From the NCBI RefSeq assembly GCF_000737315.1, contig NZ_JMCB01000015.1, forward strand, positions 1 to 64,000: a DNA stretch of 64,000 nucleotides, written 5' to 3'. The notes below the pieces were generated by a model. It made no database searches. It was given only the letters and a program-made list of their open reading frames with translations, and was not told the DNA's origin. The first letter of the stretch is position 1. Every line of letters starts with the position of its first letter. Shown here piece after piece: positions 23,033 to 31,400 of the stretch. The DNA is from Hyalangium minutum (GTDB lineage Bacteria; Myxococcota; Myxococcia; Myxococcales; Myxococcaceae). The translations under genes and the position numbers were made by a program.

Positions 23033-25567
23033 TCAGCCGATCTGCAGCTCGGCGATCTTGTGCTTCTTGTCGCTGATCAGATCCATCAGCTTGCCGAAGC
23101 CGAAGGCGAGCAGGCCGATCCCCGCGCCCACCGCCATGCCGAGCGGGCCTCCGATGGCTCCCACCGCGATGGCCCCGCCAATGCCTCCGGCGATGCCCAC
23201 CGCGCCCTTGGCGATCTGCGCCCCGTCCTTGTCCTTGGCCCCGTTGACGATGTCCATGATGCCCAGGCCGGTGCTCGCCGCCGCGCCGGCCACGTTCGCG
23301 AAGCCGCCCATGGCCTTGAGCGCGCCCAGCGCTTTGGCGCCCATCTGGGCCGCGCTGCCCGCCACCTTGCCCAGGCCGCCCATGCCCTTCACGGAGTCGA
23401 AGATGGCGGAGGTGACGGCCGAGCCCACCTTGGGATTGCTCAGCGTCTTGGCCCAGTTGCCCAGGCCCTTGGACACGGTGCCCGTGGCGTCCGTGGCGGT
23501 GTCCCCCACGCCCTTGATGGCGCTCTGGAAGGTCTTGCCACCGTCATAGATGTTCTTCAGGCCTAGGCCCGTGTCGAACAGGCCCTTGAAGATCTCCGGC
23601 ACGTTGTGGTTCCGGATGCCCTCGGCGAGCTGGAGCCCACCGGCCACCGCGCCCGCCACGCCCGCCAGTGCTCCCGTGCCGCCCCGGGCTCCCTCCAGGC
23701 CGCGGGAGAGGGCCTCGGTGCCGAGCACCTTCGAGGCCAGGCCCGGCAGCCGCTTCGCGTCCTGGCTGAGGTCGGCCACCATCCCCACGGCGCGGGCGCC
23801 TCCGTTGTTGGCGTAGGAGTTCACCGTGTTGGCGGTGGACACGCTGGCCTGCAGGAGCAGGTTCTTGCCATCCGGGTCATCCTTCACGTTCTCCGGGTCG
23901 GTGATGTCGCGCGGGTCCTTGCCGCCGGGGCCGCTGAGCGTCATCCGCTCGCCGTTCTTTCCCGTCTCGTGGACGGCCTGCCGCCCGTCCGCGCTGGTGA
24001 CGGTGTTGCGCGAGTTCAGCAGCTGCGCCCCCTTGCCCGACAGCAGCGAGGTGTCCTCCCGCAGCGAGGTGTCCGTCTTGTTGTCCTGGGTGAGCTTAGT
24101 CTCCAGGGACTCGCTCAGCTCGAGGCCCGCGTCGGTGGGCTTGCGGGTGCTGTTGTAGCGCTGCTCCAGGGTGGAGCCGTCCGCTTGCAGCTGCTTCATG
24201 TCCATCTTCTCGATGGAACCGTCCGCCGCGTAGGTCCGCGAGCCCTGGCCATGGATGTCCACCAGCTCGCCGGCCTTCTTGGCGTCTGGCTTGAACGTCT
24301 TGCCGTGGTAGTCCTCGCGCACGGTGCTGCCCTCGCGCGTCTTGTTCGTGATGGTGGTGGCCTTGGGCGTGCCCTCGATGAACGTCTGTGTCTGCAGGCT
24401 GTTGGGATCCTTCTGGAGCTCCATCAGCCAGCGCTTGGGCGTCTTGCCCTTGTCCGTGCCGTCGTTCGCGTCATAGTCCTCGCCGCCGTGCTTGCCGTAC
24501 TCGTCGCGCACGCGGTCCGCGTCCTCGCGGTTGTGCGGGCCCTCGCCGGCGTACTTCTTGTGCCCATCCAGCTCGCGGTCCACGTACGAGGTGGCCTGGA
24601 CGTTGTCCTGGGAGAAGGACTGGGTGCGGTTGTAATGGGGGTTGCCCTGGGAGCCATCGGCACCCGGCGGAGGAATCGAGTAGGTGTAGCTGTCCGCCCG
24701 GTCCACCGGCTTCTTGTAGTCGAAGGGCTTGTCCAGCTTGTTGTCGATGCCCTTGTCGCCCTTCTGCTGGAAGTACGCGGTGCGGCTGCCGGTGATGCCG
24801 CCGTCGGCCTGGGCGTACTCGTCCACGTGCAGCCGATTGTCCTTCGTGTCCGTGTGCACCTCGTTGCTCGTGTAGAGCAGGTTCTGGTCCCGTGACTTCT
24901 CGATGTCGTCGAAGGACTTGAGGTCGGAGACCTCGTTCTTGTCGCCCTTCCACTCGGCGCGCTGGACGCGCGAGCTGCCGTCGGTGCGCATGTCCACCTT
25001 GTCGCGCTTGTTGGCGCCGTCCTCATAGCTCGCCGTGTCGAGCGTGACGGCGCCGTCCGGGCCCTTGGTGGCCACGGTGCGCTCGGCCAGCTCGCCCTTG
25101 GCGTTGCGGCGCACCAACTCGGCCTGGTTGTCAGACAGCTTCTTCACCTCCGTGCCCGAAGGAACGAAGCCCTTGCCGTCCGCCATGGCGAAGACGTCAT
25201 CCGCCTTCTTCGTGGTCTCCTCGCGCAGCTTCTTCTGGGCCTCCTCGATTTCAGTGCGCCGGTCAGCCACGGTCTTCACATCCACCTCGGCCTTGGCCTT
25301 GTCCTCGCCGGAGACACTCCGCGGGGCGACGTCCTTGGGTTGGACAGTCTGCGCCGCTGCCTTCGCGAGGGCCCCGACGGCCCCGGCCACCTTGGATGCG
25401 GCCGAGGCCTCGAAGCGGTCTCCCACCTGGGCCCGGACCACCTGCTTCGGCTCGGGGGCCTTGGCGGCGGCGGGCGCCACTGCAGGCTTCTTCTCGGCCG
25501 CTGCGGCACGCTCGAGCGAGAGGGGAGCAGGAGAGACAGGCTTCCGGGAGATGGGGGCAACAGACAT
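23033..25567 (-). CDS. Hypothetical 844-aa protein with glycine-rich hydrophobic C-terminus (candidate pore-forming effector)
   Basis: ATG at 25567 with GGAG SD; low-complexity N-terminus with GDRFEAS; hydrophilic centre; C-terminal GIAGGIGGAIAVGAIGGPLGMAVGAGIGLLAFGFG. Confidence 0.8.
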   Translation of the reverse strand: MSVAPISRKPVSPAPLSLERAAAAEKKPAVAPAAAKAPEPKQVVRAQVGDRFEASAASKVAGAVGALAKAAAQTVQPKDVAPRSVSGEDKAKAEVDVKTVADRRTEIEEAQKKLREETTKKADDVFAMADGKGFVPSGTEVKKLSDNQAELVRRNAKGELAERTVATKGPDGAVTLDTASYEDGANKRDKVDMRTDGSSRVQRAEWKGDKNEVSDLKSFDDIEKSRDQNLLYTSNEVHTDTKDNRLHVDEYAQADGGITGSRTAYFQQKGDKGIDNKLDKPFDYKKPVDRADSYTYSIPPPGADGSQGNPHYNRTQSFSQDNVQATSYVDRELDGHKKYAGEGPHNREDADRVRDEYGKHGGEDYDANDGTDKGKTPKRWLMELQKDPNSLQTQTFIEGTPKATTITNKTREGSTVREDYHGKTFKPDAKKAGELVDIHGQGSRTYAADGSIEKMDMKQLQADGSTLEQRYNSTRKPTDAGLELSESLETKLTQDNKTDTSLREDTSLLSGKGAQLLNSRNTVTSADGRQAVHETGKNGERMTLSGPGGKDPRDITDPENVKDDPDGKNLLLQASVSTANTVNSYANNGGARAVGMVADLSQDAKRLPGLASKVLGTEALSRGLEGARGGTGALAGVAGAVAGGLQLAEGIRNHNVPEIFKGLFDTGLGLKNIYDGGKTFQSAIKGVGDTATDATGTVSKGLGNWAKTLSNPKVGSAVTSAIFDSVKGMGGLGKVAGSAAQMGAKALGALKAMGGFANVAGAAASTGLGIMDIVNGAKDKDGAQIAKGAVGIAGGIGGAIAVGAIGGPLGMAVGAGIGLLAFGFGKLMDLISDKKHKIAELQIG

Positions 25568-25607
25568 GAGGGCTCCGAGGGAAGGCAGGAGGACTGCGGA
25601 GCCTCGA

Positions 25608-25624
25608 TGCGTCTGGTGTGCCAA
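25608..25624 (-). promoter_or_regulatory. Putative sigma54 promoter for the 844-aa gene
   Basis: Minus strand TTGGCAC-ACCAG-ACGCA: GG-N10-GC spacing correct, -12 TT replaced by AC; 40 nt upstream of the ATG. Confidence 0.55.
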
Positions 25625-25696
25625 CGTCGGAATCAGCGGTTCATGTGGGGAAACCCCCTGTTTTCAGGAGCAAAGGTGTCCACAAGGCCCACGGCT

Positions 25697-25729
25697 CCTG
25701 GTGACAGCGGTCATCGCCCCTGGTGACAG
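25697..25729. repeat. 11-bp direct repeat CCTGGTGACAG x2, 22-bp period (putative enhancer)
   Basis: Exact copies at 25697-25707 and 25719-25729, 70-105 bp upstream of the putative sigma54 box. Confidence 0.6.
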
Positions 25730-25770
25730 AAGTCCCAGGGGGCTCATGACGGCAGACACCCCCTGCGGGC

Positions 25771-27807
25771 TCAGCCCTTGCGGCTCTTGCGGACGCGAGG
25801 CGCCTCGGGGACGGCGACAGGCTCGTGGCCTGCGGCGCGGGCCATCAGGCAGATCTCCACCACCTTGGGGCCGAAGCGCTCCCAGCGGCTCTCGCCCGTG
25901 CCCTTCACCGTGAGGAAGGACTCGCGGTCCGTGGGCAGCGCCGCCGCCAGGCCGAGCAGCGTGGCGTCGTTGAAGATGATGAAGGGGGCGATCTCCAGAT
26001 CCTTTGCCAGCGCCTTGCGCCAGCGCCGCAACTCCGTGGCCGCCAGCTCGCTGTAGTGCTCCGGTTTCCCGGAGGCGGAGGCGGGCTTCGTTACCGGCAC
26101 GGGGCGGGGCATCCGGCTGCCCGTGCACACGTCGCACTTGCCGCAGGTGGACGGCAGGTCCTGCTGGCCGAAGTAGCCCAGGATGAAGGACCGGCGGCAC
26201 CGCCGTGTGTACGCGTAGTCCGTCATCTGCTTGAGGTGGAGCAGGGCACGGCGCTCCTGCTCGCGCACCCGGTTCAGGTCCACACCCAGCTCACGGAAGG
26301 GCACCTGCTCCAGCGCGCGGATGGTCCTCCCGGCGAAGGGGCGGCGCACCTTCACCGCTCCGGCCTTCTCCAACAACCCGAGCGCGTGCCGCACCTCCTC
26401 CACACCCAGCCCCGTGCGCCGGGCCAGCGGGCCCAGCTCCGTGCTCTGCGCGCGCCCCACGGGGTACACCTCCAGCAGCGACTGGAGCAGCTTCCGGGAC
26501 TCCGGGGCATGCGGGTGGGTGGCGAGTGCCTTCTCCGTGAGGGTGAGTCCGTACTCGCCCTCACCCCGGCCACCGCGCTCAATCTTCCCCTCGCGCTCGA
26601 AGATGCGCAGGGCGGCGGACACCTCGAACTCGCTGGCGCCCACCATGCCCGCCAGCACGCCGATACCCTTGCTGAACTCGGGCACGTTGCGCAGGGCGTT
26701 CCAGAGATCCGACAGCACCACCTCTTTGGGGTGGTTGCCCTCGATGAGGCGCTCCTGGGTGTAGACGTCCGCGTGGTTGAAGAGCAGCACGGCGGTGGCC
26801 TCCTGCCCATCCCGGCCCGCGCGGCCCACCTCCTGGTAGTACGCCTCGACCGCCTTGGGGATGTTGGCGTGGGCCACGAAGCGGATGTCCGGCTTGTCGA
26901 TGCCCATGCCGAAGGCGTTGGTGGCCACTGCCACCGCCTCCTTGGCCGCCATGAACTCGTCCTGGGCCAGGCGCCGGGCGTCGTCCTCCATGCCTGCGTG
27001 GTACAGCACCGCCTTCACGCCCCGCTCCAGCAGCGAGGAGTGCATCCCCTCGGCCGCCTTGCGCGTGGAGCAATAAATGATGCCGCTGCCACCCTGGGCC
27101 GCCAGTTGGGTGCACGCCTGCCGCTTCTCCTCGTCCCCGCTGACGCTCATCACCTCCAGGAAGAGGTTGGGCCGATCGAAGCCCTGGGCGAACACCTGGG
27201 GCTCCTTCATCAGCAGCATGCGGATAATGTCCTCGCGCACCTCGGGGGTTGCCGTGGCGGTGAGTGCCAGCGTGCGTGGAGGGCGCAGGCGCTTGCGCAC
27301 CTGTCCCAGCTGCGCGTAGTCCGGCCGGAAGTCGTGGCCCCACTGGGAAATACAGTGGGCCTCGTCCACGGCGAGCAGGTCCACGCCCACCTCGCCGAGC
27401 GCCTCCAGGAAGCTCTGGCTGCGGAAGCGCTCAGGCGCCACGTATACAAGTTTGTACTCACGGGCGCGCAGCCGCCGCATGCGCTCGGCGCGCTCCAGGT
27501 CCGTCAGCGACGAGTTGATGAAGGTGGCGAGAATCCCGCGCGCGGTGAGCTGCTCCACCTGGTCCTTCATCAACGCGATCAGCGGAGAGACGACCAGCGT
27601 CACGCCGGGCAGCAGCAGGGCCGGCAGCTGGTAGCAGAGGCTCTTGCCCGCGCCCGTGGGCATCACCACCACGGTGTTGCGGCCGCTCATCACGGAGCTG
27701 ATGACCTCGGCCTGCCCGGGCCGGAACTCGGACAGGCCGAAGTGCCGGACCAGGCCTTCCTGGGCCTCCGTGAAGTAGGGCAGCTCTACGGGCAACATCC
27801 TCCGCAT
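25771..27807 (-). CDS. recQ: RecQ-family ATP-dependent DNA helicase with HRDC domain
   Basis: MPTGAGKSLCYQLP, VDEAHCISQWGHDFRPDY, TATAT, ATNAFGMGIDKPD, YYQEVGRAGRDG, Zn motif CRR..CGKCDVC, C-terminal HRDC (PFIIFNDATL). Confidence 0.95.
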   Translation of the reverse strand: MRRMLPVELPYFTEAQEGLVRHFGLSEFRPGQAEVISSVMSGRNTVVVMPTGAGKSLCYQLPALLLPGVTLVVSPLIALMKDQVEQLTARGILATFINSSLTDLERAERMRRLRAREYKLVYVAPERFRSQSFLEALGEVGVDLLAVDEAHCISQWGHDFRPDYAQLGQVRKRLRPPRTLALTATATPEVREDIIRMLLMKEPQVFAQGFDRPNLFLEVMSVSGDEEKRQACTQLAAQGGSGIIYCSTRKAAEGMHSSLLERGVKAVLYHAGMEDDARRLAQDEFMAAKEAVAVATNAFGMGIDKPDIRFVAHANIPKAVEAYYQEVGRAGRDGQEATAVLLFNHADVYTQERLIEGNHPKEVVLSDLWNALRNVPEFSKGIGVLAGMVGASEFEVSAALRIFEREGKIERGGRGEGEYGLTLTEKALATHPHAPESRKLLQSLLEVYPVGRAQSTELGPLARRTGLGVEEVRHALGLLEKAGAVKVRRPFAGRTIRALEQVPFRELGVDLNRVREQERRALLHLKQMTDYAYTRRCRRSFILGYFGQQDLPSTCGKCDVCTGSRMPRPVPVTKPASASGKPEHYSELAATELRRWRKALAKDLEIAPFIIFNDATLLGLAAALPTDRESFLTVKGTGESRWERFGPKVVEICLMARAAGHEPVAVPEAPRVRKSRKG

Positions 27808-27809
27808 AT

Positions 27810-28148
27810 TTACTTTTCCCTGGAGATCGTCAACCGGGGATCTTCACTACCCGCCAGGTCCAATTCCGCTGGGGCAGGAACCGCCTTGCGGGCCCGAGCC
27901 TCCGCTACCTCTCGGGTCAGCCGGGCCCGCAGCTCGGGGTCCAGGCGGCCGTCCACCACCACGTCTCCCTCCTGGGTTCCCGGAGGTAGCGCGCTGCGGT
28001 CCACCATCTGCGTCTTCCCGGTCCCCAGCTCCACCACGCGGGCCCGCGTCTCTCCCACGTCATCCACCTGCCACGAGCGGGAGCCAGCCCCCGCGCCTCC
28101 ACATCCCATGACTGCGGTCATGACCCACCTCCTCCAACTGCGGTCCAT
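27810..28148 (-). CDS. Small DUF3006-like protein
   Basis: VDDVGETRARV..LPPGTQEGDVV resembles DUF3006; overlaps the radC 3' end and abuts the recQ start. Start uncertain. Confidence 0.55.
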   Translation of the reverse strand: MDRSWRRWVMTAVMGCGGAGAGSRSWQVDDVGETRARVVELGTGKTQMVDRSALPPGTQEGDVVVDGRLDPELRARLTREVAEARARKAVPAPAELDLAGSEDPRLTISREK

Positions 28149-28807
28149 AAACCCTGCTCTCCCTCGCCCCCGAAGAACCCCCGCTCCATGAGCGACACGT
28201 ACTTGCCGTCCCCCTCGATGAGGTGGTCCAGCACCTTGATGCCGAGCAACTGGCCGGCCTGTGCCAGCTGCAAGGTCAGCGCGAGGTCCTGCTTCGAGGG
28301 CTCCGGGTCCCCCGACGGATGGTTGTGCGCGAGCACGATGGCCGTGGCGCGCAGGGTCAGCGCCGGGGCGAACACCTCGCGCGGATCCACGGGGCACGAG
28401 TTCATCGTCCCCTCGGCCACCCGTACGTCCGCGAGCAGCACGTTGCGCGGGTTGAAGCACAGCACGTGGAACACCTCCCGCCGCAGCGCGCTCAGGAGCG
28501 GCGACAGGTATCCATGAATCTCCCGAGGGTTGCGCAGCCGCGGCCGCCGCTCGGTGACGCGCTGGGCCCGGCGTCCCAGCTCCAGCGCCGCGAGCATCTG
28601 CGCCGTCCGGGCCGGACCCAGCCCCGGCTGCGCGATCAGCTCCAGCGGATCCTTCAGGAGCAGAGGCTTGAGGCCGCCGCTCTTTCCGAGCAGCTCTTCC
28701 ACGAGTCTCTGCGCTCGGGGTCCCATTCCCAGCAGCACACCCAGAAGCTCCGGGTCGGTGAGGGCCAGGGCACCCACCTTGAAGAGGCGCTCACGCACCT
28801 CCTCCAT
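28118..28807 (-). CDS. radC: RadC/UPF0758 JAB-domain protein
   Basis: RERL..GA.AL.D.ELL N-terminus, HhH GLGPARTAQ, EVFHVL, PREVF, AHNHPSGDPEPSKQD, LDHLI. Start at 28807 preferred; frame open to 29002. Confidence 0.93.
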   Translation of the reverse strand: MEEVRERLFKVGALALTDPELLGVLLGMGPRAQRLVEELLGKSGGLKPLLLKDPLELIAQPGLGPARTAQMLAALELGRRAQRVTERRPRLRNPREIHGYLSPLLSALRREVFHVLCFNPRNVLLADVRVAEGTMNSCPVDPREVFAPALTLRATAIVLAHNHPSGDPEPSKQDLALTLQLAQAGQLLGIKVLDHLIEGDGKYVSLMERGFFGGEGEQGLWTAVGGGGS

Positions 28808-29300
28808 GTCGCGGCCCTGCGTCCTCACCGACCCTTCGCCCGCAGACTCCTCCCCCCGCTCTACCTCCACCTCGCCCTCCACCACTCCCTCCCTCCCGAC
28901 CTCCAGCCTCCGCACCGTCCCCACCTCCACCACGCGTACCCTCCCGTCCTCCGACACCTGCACCCTCCCGCCCTCCGTCTGCGTGGGGAAGCAATGCAGC
29001 AAGCGTGCCGTGATAGGTTCCTAGGAAAGTTGCCTACTTAGCTGGTTGGATGGGCAGGGGAACCGTCCACAGCCGGAGACGGCACCGTCCGCGGTCGTGA
29101 CAGCGGGTCAGGCCGTGGGCGCAAGGCTACGAAGGTCGTGACTCGGCCCCGGATCCTCTGAAGGCAACTCGCTGGTGAGCGCCTCGACCAACCGGTTCAT
29201 TTGCTCCAGGGGGATCTTCAACTCCACGACTTGTCAGTGTGGCCTTGTATTGCTGGCTTCGGGCGTGCACTCGTGACACGCCAGCGCTGGGGAGAGCGGC

Positions 29301-29960
29301 ATGATGCAACGCTGGGCAGTTGTCGTGTCGTTGCTCCTTGGGGTGAGCGGGTGCGGGGCAAGAAGCGGGATCCCCTCACCGGGCCCTCAAAATGGAGCAC
29401 TTCCGGCACCGGGCGCGCAGCCCGCGCGCGCCAGGGTGGAAGGCCCACGGATCAGTGTTGTCGCCGGGAGCTTCAAGCCGACGCTGTTCTATGGTCCATG
29501 GCAGTGCAACCAGCGATGGATGGCCTATTGCGAGAGACAGTGTGCAGCCGAGGGATACACCCTCAAGGGCTGCATGTGGCTTGCTGATCTCAAACTGGAC
29601 TGGGAAGGGAGGCTCTATGGGGCGGGGGGAAGGTACGCGATCACGCACTGCTGCTGCGATTACCCTGTGCTGTCGAAGGATGCGACCCAGGCGGCACGAG
29701 AGCGGTGGGAGAATATCCGCGAGTCATTCCGAGAGGGCTGGAGCAAGAAGTTTGGGAACTGGCCTCTTGAGCGGGGCAAGTCCTGGCCAGGGCACCACAT
29801 CCGCGACCTCAAGCACGGCGGCGATCCAGTCGATCCCAACAACATTGTCCCGATGCCCCCCACCATCCACGACGTACTGAACAAGGAGTATCCGAGGTGC
29901 TACGACGGAGGGCCCCCCTGGAATACGGCCGGTCCTGATCTGCCCTACGCGGACTACTGA
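29301..29960 (+). CDS. Lipoprotein with C-terminal HNH nuclease (SitA-like polymorphic toxin candidate)
   Basis: Lipobox LGVSGC, Cys-rich central region, C-terminal GHHIRDLKHGG..DPNNIVPMP..IH..N. Confidence 0.8.
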   Translation: MMQRWAVVVSLLLGVSGCGARSGIPSPGPQNGALPAPGAQPARARVEGPRISVVAGSFKPTLFYGPWQCNQRWMAYCERQCAAEGYTLKGCMWLADLKLDWEGRLYGAGGRYAITHCCCDYPVLSKDATQAARERWENIRESFREGWSKKFGNWPLERGKSWPGHHIRDLKHGGDPVDPNNIVPMPPTIHDVLNKEYPRCYDGGPPWNTAGPDLPYADY

Positions 29961-29962
29961 CG

Positions 29963-30454
29963 ATGCCAAAGCCCATGCTCAGCTTGCTTGAAGAAGTCTC
30001 GCGCGATCACTTCCCGTATCCGCCCGCAACACCTGCGGAAGTCGCGGAGTTCGAGCAGCGCGTGGGCTGGAAGCTGGATCCCGACCTGAGGGCTTTTTAT
30101 CTGCACTGCAACGGCGCGGAGTTGATCAAGCGGCTGCCGAATTCGCCTTACCAGATCCTCCCCTTGGCCGAGATCGTCCGGGCGCGCGTAGCCATCTACG
30201 GTGAAGATGACGGCAAGTGGGGCCCTGCCTCTGTGTACACGGTGTGCGACGTTCAAGACGGAAACTTTGTGGTGATCGACGTGAGCCGCCGAGTGCACGG
30301 GCGATATCCACTGTTCGACGCGTGGCATGAGGCCTGGCCGGATCCGAACTACTGCGACAAGATCGAGGATTCGTTTTCGGACTTCCTGGAAGCCGCTTTG
30401 CGTGAGCGCCGCCCCGCGTACTGGCTCAAGAGGTCAGCGCAGAGCAACACCTGA
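29963..30454 (+). CDS. SMI1/KNR4 (SUKH) family immunity protein
   Basis: PATPAEVAEFEQRVGWKLDPDLRAFYLHCNG, C-terminal SFSDFLE; starts 2 nt after the toxin stop. Confidence 0.88.
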   Translation: MPKPMLSLLEEVSRDHFPYPPATPAEVAEFEQRVGWKLDPDLRAFYLHCNGAELIKRLPNSPYQILPLAEIVRARVAIYGEDDGKWGPASVYTVCDVQDGNFVVIDVSRRVHGRYPLFDAWHEAWPDPNYCDKIEDSFSDFLEAALRERRPAYWLKRSAQSNT

Positions 30455-30487
30455 GAACCTTCATCAAAGGGCGTGAGCACGCAGCCC

Positions 30488-31327
30488 TCAATGCTGCGGA
30501 GGCTCGGTTTCCGGAGGAGGGGCGTGGCGCTTCCGCTCCTCCGCATCCCATGCGAGCCCGTCCTCGTAGCCGCGCTCCTCCACATCCACCCGGTAGCCCA
30601 GCTCCGAGAGGAGCCGCCCTCGGCAGAGCTTGCCGCTCCAGTTGCCGCCCCGGACGCTGTCGAACGCCTTGGCGAGAAGGCCCCACATGACCCAGTCCGG
30701 AATGGTGTCTCGGTCGGACGGGTAGGCGAAGCGGAACATCAGCAGGTGAGACAGCAACACCTCCCTGTACCGATCGAAGCGCTTGAGCAGGCGCTTCCAA
30801 TCGAGCCGCTTCCCCGTGGCGAGCAGCAGGTGGTTCACCTCCGTGCCATCGAAGCGGTCGCGCTCGAGCACGAACGCCTTGTTCCAGATCAGCTCCTCCA
30901 CAGGAGCCATCCGGCAGCGCTCCCCGAGCACCTCGCCCTCCGTGCCGTGCTCCACCCACGCGTCATCCACCACAGCGATGCCGTTGGCCGACGTGTAGAT
31001 GAGGTCCACCAGCGAGTCCTCCCAGAAGGCTTTGTGCAGCCAACCGTGGGCATCGCGCTCGGTGCGCCAGCCGTTCGCCTCGAAGACGGCGAGCGCACGA
31101 TCCGCGTCGGCTTTGCGCAGGAAGAGGTCCAGGTCCTTCGTGTCGCGGTGGAGGCCCGTGTGGTGGGCATAAGCGTAGGCGCCCCCCACCAGGAACGGGA
31201 TTCCCGCTTCCCGCAGGAACTGGAGGGCCCGAGCCCGGACAGAGAGCTCGCCGTGCTCCCACTTCTCGCTAGACAGCTGGATTTCCGTCCCGCCCGTATC
31301 CGCCGCAGTGCTGTCGTGTCCGTGCAT
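30488..31327 (-). CDS. Uncharacterised nucleotidyltransferase-family protein
   Basis: FLVGGAYAY..RDTKDLDLF (GG..DxD) motif; ATG at 31327. Confidence 0.8.
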   Translation of the reverse strand: MHGHDSTAADTGGTEIQLSSEKWEHGELSVRARALQFLREAGIPFLVGGAYAYAHHTGLHRDTKDLDLFLRKADADRALAVFEANGWRTERDAHGWLHKAFWEDSLVDLIYTSANGIAVVDDAWVEHGTEGEVLGERCRMAPVEELIWNKAFVLERDRFDGTEVNHLLLATGKRLDWKRLLKRFDRYREVLLSHLLMFRFAYPSDRDTIPDWVMWGLLAKAFDSVRGGNWSGKLCRGRLLSELGYRVDVEERGYEDGLAWDAEERKRHAPPPETEPPQH

Positions 31328-31400
31328 CCGGGAAAGGTAGGGATTGTTCCTGGCGCTCGCTCTGTCAGGCCCACAGGAGAGCAAGCAGGCAGGCGTCCGC

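Noticed and set aside
29040-29260. Possible gene remnant (VVELKIPLEQMNRLVEALTSEL, minus strand) upstream of the toxin
   Set aside because: Too short, with no start or recognisable family; cannot be supported as a pseudogene.
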